64,000 nucleotides of DNA from Amphiscolops sp. MND2022 (lineage: Eukaryota). Positions 60,775 to 64,000 of the stretch are shown here, piece by piece. The notes under the pieces were generated by a model. It did not search any database and was not told the DNA's origin. It saw nothing but the letters and a program-made list of their open reading frames with translations. The first letter of the stretch is position 1. Every line of letters begins with the position of its first letter. Both the position numbers and the translations under genes were made by a program. The stretch is taken from the NCBI GenBank assembly GCA_964187785.1, contig OZ076409.1, positions 65,412,001-65,476,000 of the forward strand, in the 5' to 3' direction.

Positions 60775-61982
60775 CCCACTAAACACAAAACATTTATAAC
60801 TAATACAAGTAAATTTAGTTTCACTAACTAAACCAAGCCACATTTTACGCTCTATCACCTCTTAGCAGTATAGGCGAGAAATGGAGCGCGAACCTGAGGA
60901 AAGCTATCAAGCGATTATTAATACTCTATAAAACCACTCCTTTTTGCCACTTATTTTCTTCCAACATGCCGTTTCCCAAACCGTTGAGTCGGAAAGTTGA
61001 ACTAACTAATTCAATACCAACAACACTTTCTTATGAGCACTTTCAACAATAATAGATTTCTTGGGTTTTTTATGAAAGAAATGTCGCAAATCATTTACCC
61101 TCAAAAAACAAGAACGCTCAACGTACTGTTGATTTTATAGATGACGGGAACAAATTTCCTATAAAGAAGCATATGTAAAGTTTCCACAAAGCATTTCGCC
61201 TACTTTTGGCACAATAAGTAGGTTGCTTAATCTACTGCGAAACATGGAAGCTATACATCCTCTGCTGTGTTGAAAGGTCAGTTTGATAATCATTCTCTCA
61301 AGAAATAATTTTAGCTTGACATTCAAAAATGATTGAAAGCCTGAGCTTACTAAACCGCATAAATTGGTCTATTTTAATCAACTGCAATATTTTATGATGC
61401 ATTTTTAGGAGTTGTATTAGGCGCAACCGCGTTATTTTTTTTACATTTGCCATGTTTTAACTGCATACTCGAAAGATGAAAATTCCACAGAATTCAACTA
61501 CGAAAAATATTAAGTTCATAGCATATGTATTTTTAGAGATACTTGAACTTTTTGGAAAAAGTGAACAAAAGAAAAGTGACCCCAAAATGCTCCAAAATAA
61601 TCAACAATTTCTATGCACTATGTTTATAAATTCTCCGCTTGCCGATGTTTTCATGTTTTCTTTTTGATGGGAACGTTATTGATACCGCAATGAGCTCTGT
61701 AGTTTGCAGTGTAATTGAGACTTTTTCATAAAATATTCCCATAACTGCGTTGTCCTTTTTTATGAAACTTCAATAACGTTTTTGAATGTTTTTGTGGGTT
61801 AAGCAGAGTTCAACGACGAAACAAGTAGCTACTTAACATACTTTTTAAATAGATAAATCTGCAGTCATGCAAAAGAAAGTAGCATGGGGCAGCTAAAATG
61901 AACCAAAAGACCTCAAAAATATTTTTCTTTGTGCTTTTCGTGCAAGTTTGGTCGTGTATGGCTACACTCGAACTAACTAGAA

Positions 61983-62624
61983 ACAAGCCGGGACCGGCCC
62001 AAGTCGGCGCCATATCCAAGGCTCAAAAATAGCAAAAAGACTTCCAAGTGTCAAGTATTCTTTTACAGTAGTCGAAAATCAAAAATTTTTCGAAAATTTT
62101 TTTTGAACAAATTACATACTAAAAAAATGGACCGAGTAGCGCGCTAACGTCTCACAATGCCGAAAAACTGAAAGGGGGGACCCTTTGAGGTTTTTCAACA
62201 TCCATTCTGTCGCAAAACATGAAAAAATTGAAGAAAACAAAAATTTTCATTTTCGGGAAAAAATCTCACAATGCCGAAAAAAACTGAAAGGGGGGACCCT
62301 TTGGGATTTTTCAACATCCATTCTGTCGCAAAACATCAAAAAAATGCAGGGGGGACCTTTTGGGGAAAAATTTTTTTCGAAAAAAAAGTCTCGCAGTGCC
62401 GAAAAAAAATGAAAGGGGGGAGTCTTTGATCTCGCCCGGTATGGTATGTTACGCGGAAAAACAGGAAAAACCTTTTTGGTTCAGTTCGCTAGACCAAATA
62501 GTGCATTTTGATGCAATAATATTTTGTAGAACTTTTGTAGAACTATTTTGGTCAGTTCGTGTGGATAGAAAAAAAAGAGTCACTATAATAGTCGCGTTTC
62601 ACTTCATGAAGCGCCGACTAAAAA
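61983..62624 (-). mobile_element. Young copy of the Helentron/DINE-1-like repeat upstream of HDAC coding exon 1
   Basis: acaagccgggaccggcccaagtcggcgcc ... agtcgcgtttcacttcatgaagcgccgactaaaaa. Confidence 0.88.
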
Positions 62625-64000
62625 TGTTATCGCTAAAATAAAATCAACGTGGAGAGTATCCTGGTTCTCAGAAAGTGTTTAGTTCAGAAGAAACCGTATT
62701 TACTTATCCACTCCTGTATTTACTTATCAACTTTTTCATGAGAAGTAAGGCGACAAAAAGGTACTTACAGCTGTTTTGTTCAAAAATAATGCACAATGTT
62801 CTCTTCATTTTCGAAGTAGCTGACGTCTGTATTGAGTATATTTGTTTTTGTTCCGTATAAATCTTTCACGACACAAAGGGGAAACAACAATTTTCAACAT
62901 AATTTTGATTGAGAGATTTGCAATTTCTGTCACCTTCAAGCAAAGCCTTAGAACAATTGTGTCCAATAGAAGGAAAAATAAAAAGTAAACCGCAACTGTT
63001 CAAATATTAAGACTCCCAAAATAGATTTTAAGCGAAAAATCATTTAGCGGAGCTTTCTATAAAAGGAAAGCTTCAATCACACCAAATTGGGAAGCAGGCA
63101 GATGCTGGAATTGTTTCAATAAATTCGTAAAACCAAATTTATTCTCTTTCTTCCATGGAAGCAACCTTTATTAACGGTTTAAGTACATTTTCTCAGCATT
63201 AGAGGACAAAATTGGGGTTATTGTGAGCAGCTGGTTTCAATGACAAAAGGTGGACGAGCGCTTCAAAAATAGATCGCAATGATCGTCAAACTTAAATTTT
63301 TTCATCACACCTGTCGATTGCAAGTTTTTAGCCTGCTGCTTCACAATTGCCGTATTATTTTCATTAAAAATTGATTTGTTTTAATAACTTATAGTTTTCC
63401 TTCACTATCTATTCTGAACAAAGGATTATTTTGGGACGCGTTTTTCAAAATATTTAAGCGGCTATTTTGAGCAATCCTTGTTTTCAACTGGACATTTTGA
63501 CATTTAATAAATCGTTAGAGGACATTCTATCTCCATTTCATTTTGGACTGCTCATTAACGAAAACCTTTAGTCTGCTTCAACTTCAAATTGAGTTTTGAA
63601 CGTTCAAGTTGAACACAGACCATTTAGAGTTCTCGCGTAATATTTTGAAAGAAAGAACAGGAAGTACTTCGAAACCCTAGAGTCAATAAGAATCAGGGAC
63701 TGTTTTACTCATTCATTTTCTCGAAATATAGATAAATCAAAAACTTTCTCCCTGAAACCGAACTTTGTAGCTAACCGACGCTGAACTTTTGAGGAAAAGT
63801 ATCCCAACATGCTGACAAACTGAATTACAAAGCACCACATTGGTTCCTTGGTTCAGCAGCTCAGATCGGTAAACCCGATTTGGTTACATGATACTGATTA
63901 AATGACAGATGAGTCATTTGAACGCCGAAAAACTTCTAAATACGTTTTTCGGCCATAAAAAGGGTTTAACCGGTTACGAAGAAAATATATGATTTAGTTT

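Noticed and set aside
1..64000. Species assignment (repeat style recalls an acoel flatworm genome)
   Set aside because: This is an impression only and cannot be verified without a database search.

Overview
AT-rich, intron-containing, repeat-rich animal (invertebrate) genomic DNA; there are no prokaryotic features. The main gene is a large class IIa histone deacetylase (HDAC4/5/7/9-type) on the minus strand. I assembled it by hand from 19 frame-compatible coding exons (60774..37669, about 2059 aa). It keeps the MEF2-binding helix, a 14-3-3 site, all Zn ligands and an NES-like tail, but has Phe at the catalytic Tyr/His position (LEGGF) and one GC-AG intron. Also present: the 3' part of a GPI-anchored Ly6/uPAR three-finger gene (1316..2254); a multi-exon rhodopsin-type GPCR pseudogene interrupted by a MITE (about 9147..13532); a full-length but dead Ty3/Gypsy element with 193-bp LTRs (18810..24662); relics of an older Gypsy, a CRE-like RLE retrotransposon and a Tc1 transposase; and several MITEs. 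More than 10 copies of an abundant non-autonomous repeat have Helentron/DINE-1-like architecture (subterminal inverted repeats plus covarying terminal hairpins). Copies of this repeat form a chimeric tandem array, iterate their terminal hairpin, carry a tRNA-like module, contain a copy of a neighbouring HDAC exon, and flank the first three HDAC coding exons in inverted orientation. All gene models are manual and lack transcript support.
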